NCBI GenBank assembly: GCA_051294905.1
Contig: CM119372.1
Span: 35,342,001-35,406,000, forward strand
Length of the DNA: 64,000 bases
Source of the DNA: Botryllus schlosseri
Taxonomy: Eukaryota
Direction: 5' to 3'
The notes beneath the pieces are model-generated. The model worked only from the letters and a program-made list of their open reading frames with translations, was not told the origin of the DNA and did not search any database. The stretch's first letter is position 1; each line of letters starts with the position of its first letter. This document shows, piece by piece, positions 52,501 to 64,000 of the stretch. Both the position numbers and the translations under genes were made by a program.

Positions 52501-55500
52501 GCGGTATCGCCTTGTGGACGCGCTCTCGTACGTTGATACCAGGTGCCCGTAAACCCTTGTAAAACAAATATTTTTAATTTACCATTGATGATATCAGGTT
52601 CAGTTATTTACTGAAAAAATGCGAGCTGCAGCGCTACTTGGATGAATGCGTCCGGGCTGATGTTCTGCCGCTTTATGAACTCCTTCCCATAATGTGTGAA
52701 TCTCAGGATTTTCAGATCAAAATTGAGAGCCATTTTCATCAAAGCGGTTCTCGCCAGTTCGATATATCTGTGAAATCAAGTGAATAGCGAATGGAGCATG
52801 GGCTTGCAAGTACTTTGCTAATTCATACAGTGTGTGATAAATGAGATAACATCACCTGCGTTGGACACGTGACAGTATCATTACGCAACGTTTTCCTACC
52901 GTTTATCGACCCATTATAGACATTATTGTGTGATATTTATATATCCAGCGTCCATTGCAATTCATAATTAATCAACAACGTAATGCGAGTAATGTATGAT
53001 TGATGAGGTATGTGTAAATTTTGGTCTAGCAGGATACCGATGGGGATGTAGCCCAGATGGCAGATCGCGCGCTTAGCATGTGTGAGGTACCGGGTTCGAT
53101 GCCCGGCATCTTCACTTTTATTGTCGCTGCAGCTGATTGCTCGTTGCCCTATCAATCATCACGGTCTATACATGGTATACACATTCCGCATTCCGATACC
53201 CCTAATTATAGGAGCAAGCTCGAACTTAAAATATAGTACTATTGTGCACCTTTAGTCAACATGGTCATTATTCTCTTCGCTCGTGGAATGATTTACTGTC
53301 AACTACAAAAAAATAGAAACAAATCCAAAATTTTTCGAGAAGTGACAATATTCACCTAAGGCAGGGCCGGCCAACCCGTGGCCCGCGAGGTAATTTCCGA
53401 AATTTCAAATATTATCAAAAATGGATTGCACAGATTATGAACTTGCAACGCCAACCAAAAATTTGATTAGTCGGGCCGCAACACTTGAGATGTGATGACT
53501 AAAATATCAGTTCCGACGCATTGGCAGATCCACGAGCCAGTCACATTTTGGTAGATCTTCGTACACTACAATAAAGCAGAATAATTAGCGATAGATTTAT
53601 CGAAAGTAAAAATTGGTTTCGCGCAACAGGTTTTGTCACTCGATTTCTTGCTGTTCATATTGTTGCTCCTTTGTGAAAATGATAGAACGCCTAATGTATC
53701 AGAGTGAGTCCAACTGTATTCGCGATTACGAGATAAAGTGTCGTTCAACATATGCGATCTTGCGTTTGCACTCGCAGTAAGACCGTCGACTATGAAACCT
53801 AGACACAAAGTGATTGACGCATGTTGGTCGAAGCTTCTGATATCGATATGTTCAGGCGCCGAATAGTCCAGTCCTTGCAAACTGAGCCCAGCGATATACA
53901 GCAGGCCCGCAATACGGTCAAGTGACAAAATTATTGACCGATGAACTTCAAAAAATTTTCGCGCCTGGCGCGGCTAGTGGCCCGCGCAATAGTTCGTCAT
54001 TCGAATGTGGCCCTTTGGCTGAAAAGGTTGGCCACCCCTGACCTAAGGTCACGAAATAAGAAAAGCTTCAACAAACAATGGCCCCAACGTTAGTTAGCCG
54101 GCGAGAACGTCGTCAAATTATGCTAGCTGTGACGCATGAATGTGACAAAAGATGTATAGTTACGTGCTCTAAATTTTTGATGACACCAACTGTCCATTTC
54201 AATCAGCTTTACCGTGAGGCCGGATCGTGTATGTGCATTGTGCAATATATGGAATCACAGCAAGAGTATTGAATACAGTAATTGATTAACTTTCAAGATT
54301 AACCGTAAGCGCGACTAGAAAGCTAATTCACATTAATTTGTCATAACACTAGAATTTTGAAGCACTATTCGCTAAGGAAAAGGTGCATGTTGTTTCCCTT
54401 CTTGGGGAGTTACGCGAGAACGCAACCCACTACATCGCTGTGATATAACATTTTTAAAACTTGAAAAAAAAATGTCTTTGAAAAATTTATAATTTCGGCC
54501 ATATATTCGCCATGGTTAGGTTAATCTCATTGTTTCAAAGTAAACCATCGTCAATATATGGCTGAAATTAGATGAAAACTTTACGTAAAGTTAATTTTCT
54601 CAAAATGTGTAAAATGGTCTTACGATACTTTGATTCCACCGAGGCGAGCCGGGAAGTCGGCTACTGATGACTTAACACTAGAACTACCGAAATTTCGAAC
54701 TACCTAGAACTACCTTGTGGCTTTTTTGACGCATATTGAATTTTCTTCGATAAAATGCATTCACCGGTGCTAAAAATCAGCACAAATCTCACCAAACGGA
54801 ATCAGAAACCATTGTTTATTGCGCTCACAGCTACCTGCAATATTTTACATACACCTTAGTGCAAGACTTATATAACAAATCGCCGTTTTTGGGTGTAACA
54901 TATAAGTGCTGTTCTGGTGCGCATTTGGTATTTGAGCACGTTCTTTAAAAATTTGGAGTAGGTTCCAGATCCGCTTTAGCCACATCATCATTCTTGGTTA
55001 TTGCTGACATATCATAAAGCTTATCACATAAGATTTGCATAATGCAATCTCGCAACTAATCCTCGATTTGCATATTTTTATAGCATCGGCATTTTGGCAA
55101 GTAGAAGATCATTCACTTTCTAAGAAAACATGCACGGACCATCGTCGAGACGTCGACTTGTTGGTACCCTCATAGAACACTGCCTTGCAACCAGGCCAAT
55201 AATATCCCCCTGGTTTTGTTTCGTTATAACATTTAACCGTCACTGGTTTCTTGTTTGTGTTGTTTCTGAAGGAAACAGTTACCTCCGGTTGGAGTGAACT
55301 CAATATGTGTACAACTTCGATCTCTACACTGGCATCTCGCCGTTACGCTTATCAACAAGATGATAGCTTTGAAAAGTGTGGCTACATGAAGCTGCTTGTG
55401 TTCCTTCTGATCATGGGTAGCTTCAAGCAACTTTTGACAATAGTGTCAATTGGGACTTCGTTTGCTTCTCCAAGCGTATACAGCCACATTCACGTTACAT

Positions 55501-58500
55501 TATTTCAAGATGGATTACATCAGACTCTTCACATTACTATGCTTGGCAAACGTATAAATTATGGAAGAGGTGTCCTGTCCTATCCTTGCCTAAATATGAG
55601 ACGCCCGTGTACAGATACTTGGTAGCAGCAGCGTACACCATCTGACATTTTACCCCAATTATTTGCTGGCATTTCGACCATGTAATGAACGAAAACAATA
55701 TTATCTTTATCGAGTCCGCACCTTTTTGTACTCCTTATGTCAATAGAAAGCTCATGACTTCCATAAACCTGTTCCTCGAGAGGGCCTGACTAAACATAAT
55801 GCACCCATGCCCTCAGTCCTCATATGCATTCAATTTACTAGATTCAGCTCCCCCCTCCCCCCGAAGATCCATCTCGTAGACCGGAGCAAAGGCCCTTTGC
55901 CCTTGTACAACCCTAGTATATTAGTATGGACAATAAATATGTAGGCTTGGTCTATTGGTACATTTCAAATGTGATGTCCTGTAACTGATGTCCTGAGCTT
56001 CAGAAATATAACATTACAGAGCTTTGGTGACTCGGAACGAGGAAGATCCAGGGCCTTCTGTTACAAGGGATGTTGTTGCTAACACAGTTAGACCAAGTAG
56101 ATATTAACAAAGTTCTGTTGTTACAAACGACTTTTCTGCGTTTATCAGATATATAACCACGTCAAGAATATGAAACTGCGATTCCTGAAGGTAGAAAAAC
56201 TGCAATGCGTCAAAAAAGCCACTCGGTAGTTCTAGGTAGTTCTGTGTATAACTTTTTTATTTGTACTAGATGAGTGATGAAAATCATAGGTAAGGTGGCC
56301 TACATAAAATAAATAAAACTCAAGAAGTTTCAGCCGAACAGCGTAAGATTTGACTGAATGCCAGCTCTTCAAAAATGGAAATGCGTCAAAAAAGCCACTT
56401 GATCGTTCTAGTGTTAATTTGAAAGCTGCGGTACATTACACGAATTTCGTTTAGAAAGTTTGCCGTGTTTGTGGTTATTATAAGACATATATTTAAAGCT
56501 CGATTTTGCATATATTTTGCTACGTATTTGTTTACGAATATATGTCTTACCCCGGGACTTGAGATATCGAATCTAATGTTTATTTTGAAACGAATTTCTT
56601 TATGTTTCATTGCAGATTTGAGCGTGTATTAGGATGTGGAATGTGGAAAACGAATGTGACGATGAGAAAAACGGTGTTTAGGATTCAGAGCAGAGCTGGA
56701 TTTATGGTCTCTACCATCTTCGATTTGGACTTGGATTGGAAGATTTAGGCTTAATTCGGATCGAGTGAGGATTTTGTAAACCCGAATTTTGACTTGGACC
56801 TGAACCCAAATAGGATTTGGATTTGGCATAAGTATATCCGCTTACCTTGATGTTTTCGTATCATTGACATCCCACCTCAGTCGCTCAGGCGTTACAACAC
56901 ATTGTGTGTGAGGCGTATCCAACTCAGCTTCTTTTCCGTCGAGGTGTAAGTTATTGGTTATTCATAATAGGCGTTACCTTCCACGAGATAAGCTCTCACA
57001 TATTCCTGAATATTTCCTCCATCAAGTGAATGACGGCGATCCCTTCCGCTGCAGAATGCTCGTAGTTGAGCCCGAACGAGCCATCACGGCCCACAACAAA
57101 TTGTATGGTTTTATCGAACCATCTGAATTTAAGAAGTCATGCGTGTACTACATGGATCAGTTTTATAGCGTTAGTGTTGGCTTGCCTGTTGTAAGATGAG
57201 GATCCGTGTATCATTTGATGAGCCATATCAGTTTCGTTGCGAGATGTCGCTGTTGGGCAATCGAGACAGAGTAGAGCAACGGAAGTTTCGATCAAGTCAA
57301 CTGAATTGCGGTTCATTTGCTCTGCAACAAAACACAACGTACAGCGATGTTTTCAAATTCAATGGTGCATTGCGCTGCTACTTTTAAGTAGATTGTCTCT
57401 TGCATCCGCCCATTCCGATCTACCTAACGAGGTCAATACGCCCACCGATCCGCGTGGATTTTCGTGTTTAGCAGCATCAACAATAGCACGGATTTCATTG
57501 ATGATTTCGTCCTCTGTGAAATCTATTCCAAGTTTATCCGTGACGTACAGAACAAAGAACTATGAAAGAGAGGCGCTGTTAAAAGACAGTGTGAGGGCGA
57601 GCTATTCGAAATGATCATTACCTGGTTGGCGATTGCTACAATAAAATGCTGTTGTCTGTTGCTGTTTTTGCTCATTAATTGCGTGTCCATTTCTCTGCCC
57701 GGCACGCGGTATGATGATAAAATATGGAAGTACTGGCGCATGCAAAGGGCTTGACCTGCTAATTGTCCCCTCGCAATGTCCACAGGCAATTTGTCCCTTT
57801 GTTGATAGAAAGGAAGAATTGAAATTGCGTGCAGCGTTAGGGCGGGTGTTCTGGAAGAGTTTTAAATTTCGTACCCTTTCGAATTATATGCATGCACGGA
57901 GCACCATTAAATAATAATGTTACATAAAATCTTGGCAATTGAAAGTTTAAACACGAAATTACGTAGTTAAATTTCAAACATACATGCGTAGACTATGTTC
58001 AACGGAAAGTCTATCACGAATATGTTCTTCGGCATGAGCATGCTGGAAAGACTTTGCTCATCAGCTCAACTGTAAGCGGAAGGGAGAAGCACAATACTAC
58101 ACATTTTTTACGTGGCTGAATTCGAATTTACCGTTGTTTACCGGTCCCTCAAACAATAGCCTGCTTACCACGACCTGGCCGATCGATCTCGCCTTCCGTG
58201 ACATGCCACCTCATTTTGTCGCTTGCTTTTTCTATACTATCTTCTTTTACTTTTCATTCAGTTTGCATGCCCCTCTTTACGTCGCCTAGGTCGACGTGAT
58301 AGTCTGATTCCAAACACTACTCCACCTTACTATCTTTCAATTGTATCTCATATTTTGTGCTGTATTGAACTAATAAAAATTGCAAATAAACCGAACCGAT
58401 CATTGTGCATGTAGTAAGCATTGACGATTGCAACAGCCCTAATCAAGCCCCTCATGATCAGCAGATGACACTGGTTCTAATAGAACTTACCCAGATATAA

Positions 58501-61500
58501 AGTAGGCATCGAAGTAACCCTCATCGCTATACGGCAATAGAGAAGCAGAATTCCACTACAGGTAATGTAGATGAGGCGAGTAACGTTTCACGGTAATGCC
58601 TAATCATGCTGGTTTACGCCTCAATTTACAAGGCATTTGGTCTCCGTTGCAGAAAATTGTCACAGTATAAGAAAATTCTACCGTATACCCCGGTTTGAGA
58701 ACCCCTGCTATACGAGTACATAACACTGGTCAACACATATTTTTAGGCAGACAAAGTAAGAGTGGTATTGGGGGTTCTGATGGGCACTGATTCCGGATAT
58801 GATCTTAGTTTTTTTCTAATTGGCTATTGTTTTCGAGATAACCCATGGGTCTATTTGGACCAAAATCTATTATTTTTGCTGTTATGGCTAGACGGAAAAT
58901 CGGCTCAGTCGTACTATAAAGTTTAAAAATTCAATCTCTTTGTTATTTTTAGACACAGAAGTCTCTTTTAAATCAAAATATAGCAACAGCACTATATGTT
59001 TAGGGGTATTAGATTTATCATAGTTATAGACTTTCTCGGATATCATGTACATTGTGCATTAATAAACTCCAGTCATGTATATAAGTATTTACCTAGATAC
59101 TCGAATAACGTGGCAATAATTCAATCAGTTTTACGTTAACCCCCCTATTGTAAATTTGAAATAATCAGTTGGAATAAAATATTATTAATTCATTTTAAAG
59201 CACAATTGTTTTTGTACGACTTTCACATGTAAGCAATTTCGTGCAGTTTCTCGAAAGGTTCCAGCGATGGTCTGACATAATATGTTCATCTCATCTGCCC
59301 TAATATCTCTCTTCTATTGTTTTGATGTCTTGGTGATCCCTCTCCCCTTGCTAATTAACAAGATCATCAGGAAATATATTAAAATGAACAAACTGGGAAA
59401 GAGCTTTTTTGCTCATGCTGGTTCCAAGTTTTCCATACTCAGATACGAATTTTCGGACCGACTGTTTGTATCCAGTGTACCTTCCTAATATGAAATTGGA
59501 ATCTTTCATCCGTACTAATCTGAAATCTATCAGATACACCAGATTCAAGGTTCTCGTTTGATTTGGATACTATAGGTAGGGCCGTAACTGCCGCACCGCA
59601 AACCCCCCAATTGGGGGGGCGAACTTAAAGGGAGCCCAAAAGTATTTCGTGAATTACCATAAATTAGAGAGTATTTTTTGAAAATTTAATCATTTTTTTG
59701 AAAATTTTTTCGCGCTTCGTGCGATTTCTATTTGCCACATAAATTGATTTTGGGGTACTCTTGCCCAAAGAAAAAATAAGCAAGATTTATAGAAATGGGC
59801 GTATCGGCGTTGGCCATTACCGCGCCACGATGCACCAAGATATATAACGTTTCAGGCCATGTAACCTGTGACTCCAAGAAGTGTGCTAGAAGGATCGGCA
59901 GTGAGAAACCTTGTCTGAAAAAGACTGCCCTTATTCTGACCGAAAACCTCGTTATTTATACAAAATACATATAGGTTTAATAGTCCATAGGCGCCTAAAT
60001 AACTGGCGCCGAATGTTTCTGGATTGGCAATCTGAACCTCACAAGACAAATACCATCCCGCAGGGAAAAATTATATGCCAGTGAAGAAATACCAATTTGA
60101 AATCGTGTGCGTTTTCTAGCTTAGTAGCCTACGTTTGGGCGATTCTATATTTTTTGATATAGCAGACAGGAGGTCACGAAATAACATCATGTTACGGAGT
60201 CATACCAACGGGCCCTACACTTTCCAAAACACCTCACTCAGCTCTACCGGTAAATCTGTTTACGTTTGCATGGAGGACAAGAAATTGAGAGCGATATATA
60301 TGCAATTCCCGATCTTAATTACCGATTTTATCATGAATTTATTGAAAATTTTCGCGCTTGGCGCTGGTTTAGTAAACGGTACGACTCATTTCGTGGCAAA
60401 AGCGAACAACGTGATTGAGGGTAGGTATCACCTTATTGGATCCCAAGACCCAAGCTTTTTTTGAGGGGCCCGATGAAGTGCTGTTTCGTTCCTGCCAATA
60501 GTTATACGTCCGATGATGTTTTAATATTATTGAGTGGTTCTACTTTTTCAAACACACCTCCCTCAGCTCTACCTGTAAATCTGAAAACGTGAGCAGAGGG
60601 AGGATAAAAATTGATAGCAATATGTATGTAATTTATGCAATTCCCGATCATATTTACTAATTCAATCATGAATTATAGAAATTTCACGCGGTCGTTTAGG
60701 CGAGAAATGGTGACTCAGTAAACGAAGCCCAATGTAAATGGTAGCGGTAAACATCCTAAAGCCTGAGGGCGGTTCGGGGGCGATGCCCCCCAGAACTTCG
60801 GTTTATCAACATATGGGGGGGGGGGGGGGCAAGACCTAGGTTTTTTTTGGGGGGGTGACGAAATGCTGTTACGGCCCTGACTATAGGTATACCCACTTTG
60901 TTTACTCAGTGAGAAATTATGCATTCGCAAGTCAGAGGAAATGGAACGCATATGAATATTGTAGTTGAGCTTTTCAAGGATAAATTTTTATAGCTTTATC
61001 AGGGTTGTAACTAAGTCTCAAGGCTTCGAGTCACAAGTCAATTTCACTTTTATAGTTTTGACTCGAGTCAAGTCGAGTCATTTTCAACTCACCACCGAGT
61101 CAAGTCCGAGTCCAAGTCATCGATCAGGGGGCCGAGTCCGAGTCATGGTATAATGACTCGAGTCCGAGTCCAAGTCAATGTGTTGACTGCTCAGTTTCCA
61201 TCTACAATCTTACTAAACTCACTTTTATTAACTCTGTTTGGTGATATTGAATGGTTGGCATTTATAATATACTAATTTCCCTCACTTTTAGCAGTTTCTG
61301 ATCACATTTTCAAGTACTAGTACCTATAGACGAAATCCCAATAGGATGGTAACTTAACTATTCTTCCAAATTACGATAAAATATCGGTCTTGGCCGTCTT
61401 TGTCTCTAGTCATATGACTTGGTTCGAGTCATCCGCAATGACTCGAGTCAAAGTCGAGTCAATACACAGATTGACTCGAGTCGAGTCGTGTCATTTCCGT

Positions 61501-63860
61501 ATTTTGAGAAAATGACTCGAGTCAAGTCGAGTCACCAGAAAAGCGTGACTTGAGTCTGACTCGAGTCATTACAACCCTGAGCTTTATACTTTTATTTAAT
61601 CTTGGTTTAATGACCAATTGATACAGGAGAATCTGGATTTCCGTTGTGCAAAAGTACAATTCTTAGACTCGACAAACTGTGTTTTGACCAAAAAATATTT
61701 CGCACGGGGTCATTGTAGTATTGATAGAATGACTACGAACGACATGATGGTTCTTCAGAGTCAATTATCTATTTATGCGCAGCATAAAATTTCAAAAAAA
61801 CTACGATTTTCTTCCTATCAAGTGAAACATTCAAGGATAAATAAGTAATTTTGGACTTTTTAGGGGTATGAATATCTTCTGAACAAAAGCCAATCTGTCT
61901 GTCCAATGTGTCTCAAATATCCCTCACGGAAGAATTATGTTCCACGATCCAAGTGACATGGCCTGCAATTTACATATCCCTAATTTTGCCCCGTCTCCAA
62001 CGTTCGATTGTGTACTTACGTTTAGTGCGGTCGAGGCACACAACCTTGTCGCAAGACTATACATGTAATCTACTTTGTAACGACACAGAACTCTGAATTC
62101 CTGATATAGAAGTTGTGTAAATAGAGTCACTTTACTTTACTTGCCTATTTTCTGTGTAGCACTTCCACTCATGAAATAATCCGCTACCAATATCGAAGAT
62201 GACACCGTAATATGATATACCACGTATCCGTTAATCGACAGTTAACCCAGCGCCTATGTAGTGTATCCCATCCCACACAGCGACCACATTCTACGCCAGC
62301 GCAAAAAGCTATCAGGATTGTACGGCTGGAACTAATTGAGTGCTGGCGAAATTTACAATATCGCAGTCTAAATGCGTCACGGCGTAATTAGATCGGCGTA
62401 TCTAAAATCCATTCAGTGACGTAGACGTAACGTCGATAAGCGTGATATTGGACGTATATTATCGATTTTACTCTGGACTGCACGGTAAGCATTACACGCG
62501 AGCGTAACACGTCAGGTGAATAAGCGTTTCAGATTCATTATGGTTTCAAAGTAGCCGACTCGATTTCGTGCGGCTCGCTGTTAAAACAATACAATTCGCA
62601 TTACGGAAGGCCCTATTGAATATTGAACTAGTACACCAGCACTAAACAGATTATAATGTATTCAAGTGTAGCGACACTATAGTTCCATTGCCATAGTCTA
62701 CTGTCAGCTATACTTTACGTCTACCTTCAAATATGTTGCAGAATTTGTCTGTGTTACGGTAGACGGAAATACCATTCACATTTGCCTTGCAAATTTTTAT
62801 AAGTGATTTTCTATTTATATCTATACCTGCTGCAACAGCAATAGCAATGTTAATTCTATTCACACCCATGATGAATCCCTTGGATATGGATGTATATTTC
62901 AAACTTAATTGACAATACCAAACCAAGTTCAAATACACATGCATGAATTCATGAAACAACGAATGCCGTCACAAACCTGCCGTAGACGTTTACATCGACA
63001 ATAAAATGCGATCACTCTGATGTTGTTAAAACTCATTTCGGACAATAACACGATGATTACAGTTCTGACGTAAAGTATAGAACAGAGATTGACTGGACGG
63101 TGTGGATGCTGAAAAATAATAGTTGTGATGATGGTTGCACTGCACAACACATGTGAAACGAACTCAAACTGGAGACCTGCATCTATTCAAATCACGCGCA
63201 TTGCGTATTGGGAAGAAGAAGAAGATTGATCGTGATGTGACACGGACGAAACCACGAGCAATGTCATATACGCACGTACAATAACATACTCATCTAAATT
63301 TCTTTTGTATTTCATAACTTCAGCAACTAGTTTTCCCGAAAACCTGTGAATCGTGATGTAATGAATGACACCGTATATATACAATTATACATGCACAATC
63401 GACTGAATACTACGTTATCCATGCATTTTCCGACTTGAATTCCATCTTTGGCAGAACCATGCCAGGATTGGAGTTGACTGGTAACGGCGCTTTGTTCCTT
63501 AGATACATGTCCTCCAACCACCAATCGTACGACTGACGAAGAAAAGTGGTAATTGAGATTGTATGTCCAGAGGAAGACAGACGAACTCACCCAATTCTCA
63601 TACTTTGTTGACTTTTTGAGCAGACTTTCCTGTAGAGTCGCGCCAATTCCACTCGGCGTTGCGAATTTGTCGACTATTCTCTTAGTTTTATCGAATTGCA
63701 CTTCTGGTACCAGTGGTTTGATACACAACAAATACCTTTCCAAGGTTTCCGCGAGATCCGGCACTGGTAACGATGGAAGCTTTGCCTGCAACAGATTTTA
63801 GGGGCTGTATTGGATTTGTTTGAATCCGGTATGCTTCCTGAGCATTACAGTTTCATTCAT
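46549..63860 (-). CDS. ChAT: Choline O-acetyltransferase, 14 coding exons, 630 aa
   Basis: Exons 63860-63849, 63785-63591, 63532-63414, 63343-63290, 57796-57622, 57559-57382, 57321-57186, 57122-57000, 56935-56846, 52767-52612, 52555-52402, 52340-52230, 51461-51372 and 46848-46549 are phase-compatible and total 1893 nt. Motifs: LPSLPVPDL, WWLEDMYL..PLPVNSNP, NRWFDK, catalytic EHS, SPDAFIQVALQLA, TYESASTRRY..GRVDNIR (VDN = choline-type), GIDCHL, STSQ, YGAVVEDGYG..YNP. Confidence 0.93.
47547..48033. mobile_element. Nested Buster-like hAT MITE
   Basis: CAGGGGTCAGTAAC ... GTTGGTGACCCCTG termini; TSD CTCTAGTA/CTCCAGTA. Confidence 0.78.
49011..49673. mobile_element. Foldback (palindromic) hAT MITE
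   Basis: ~318-bp near-perfect inverted arms (49011-49328, 49356-49673) around a ~27-nt loop; TAGGG termini; perfect TSD ACGTAGGC. Confidence 0.95.
53042..53114 (+). tRNA. tRNA-Ala(AGC), probably a pseudogene
   Basis: 73 nt GGGGATGTAG...CTTAGCATG...GGTTCGATGCC...CATCTTCA followed by TTTT. The D-stem is mismatched (GCCC/GATC) and there are extra G-U pairs. Confidence 0.72.
53362..54040. mobile_element. Buster-like hAT MITE
   Basis: CAGGGCCGGCCAACC ... GGTTGGCCACCCCTG termini; perfect TSD ACCTAAGG. Confidence 0.9.
54676..56413 (-). mobile_element. piggyBac element with decayed transposase
   Basis: TTAA flanks on both sides; CACTAGAAC ... GTTCTAGTG TIRs. Minus-strand remnants KKPVTVKCYNETKPGG and STSRRWSVHVF match the piggyBac 'YNxTKGGVD...RRW' region. 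Confidence 0.88.
59577..60879. mobile_element. hAT-type MITE
   Basis: TAGGGCCGTAAC ... GTTACGGCCCTG termini; perfect 8-bp TSD ACTATAGG; related fragment at ~39530-39860. Confidence 0.88.
61000..61579 (+). mobile_element. hAT MITE (GACTCGAGTC family), copy of 14009-14585
   Basis: CAGGGTTGTAA ... TTACAACCCTG TIRs; perfect TSD AGCTTTAT. Confidence 0.92.
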
Positions 63861-64000
63861 CGTCAGAACTATAGCTTTATTACTTGATAGGAATTTCTAC
63901 TCAACTAAATTCCACGTGTCAATTGAATTGTTCAATCTACACTGTTGTTAGTAGAAAACCATAAAAATCGTTAGTTATAGGGTAAAGATATCTGAAGGGA

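Larger units (their letters stand above)
58724..61908 (-). mobile_element. Decayed Chapaev3-like (CMC) element hosting two MITEs
   Basis: CACTGG start and degenerate TGTCCAATG end. The minus-strand remnant YGKLGTSMSKK...HFNIFPDDL at 59351-59548 resembles the 'LGCNMSLK..HLDFFP' transposase C-terminus. No TSD found. Confidence 0.5.

Noticed and set aside
56976..57000. In-frame TGA read-through (selenocysteine) after the catalytic exon, using donor AAG|GTAACG
   Set aside because: It needs both read-through and a purine-rich acceptor, and no SECIS is evident. A single CAG>CGG change explains the structure more simply.
57800..63289. Nested VAChT (SLC18A3) in the large ChAT introns
   Set aside because: No long MFS transporter ORF; these introns are filled with transposon relics. 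VAChT would be expected upstream of the first coding exon, outside the window.

Overview
AT-rich eukaryotic (metazoan) genomic DNA with ~60-nt minimal introns and dense, nested DNA transposons; a tunicate/ascidian origin is my inference, not something the sequence proves. Host genes: (1) a complete 14-coding-exon choline O-acetyltransferase gene on the minus strand (63860-46549, 630 aa) with one GC-AG intron and one intron ending in CGG instead of CAG; (2) a two-exon Bcl-2/Mcl-1-like gene (minus strand); (3) a ZU5-UPA gene with an HF|S autoproteolysis motif and an N/G/I-rich amyloid/RHIM-like N-terminus; (4) a frameshifted RI-like LRR pseudogene and a CUB-like exon relic. Mobile DNA: a nearly intact hATm transposon, many hAT MITEs with 8-bp TSDs, piggyBac, Chapaev3-like and LINE relics, and a 663-bp foldback element. 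The main structural finding is a 9.7-kb hAT unit (36738-46416) with 11-bp TIRs and a perfect ATGAGTAA TSD, inserted ~125 nt past the ChAT stop codon. Its cargo includes a ~2.5-kb segment that also sits inverted at 30639-34845.
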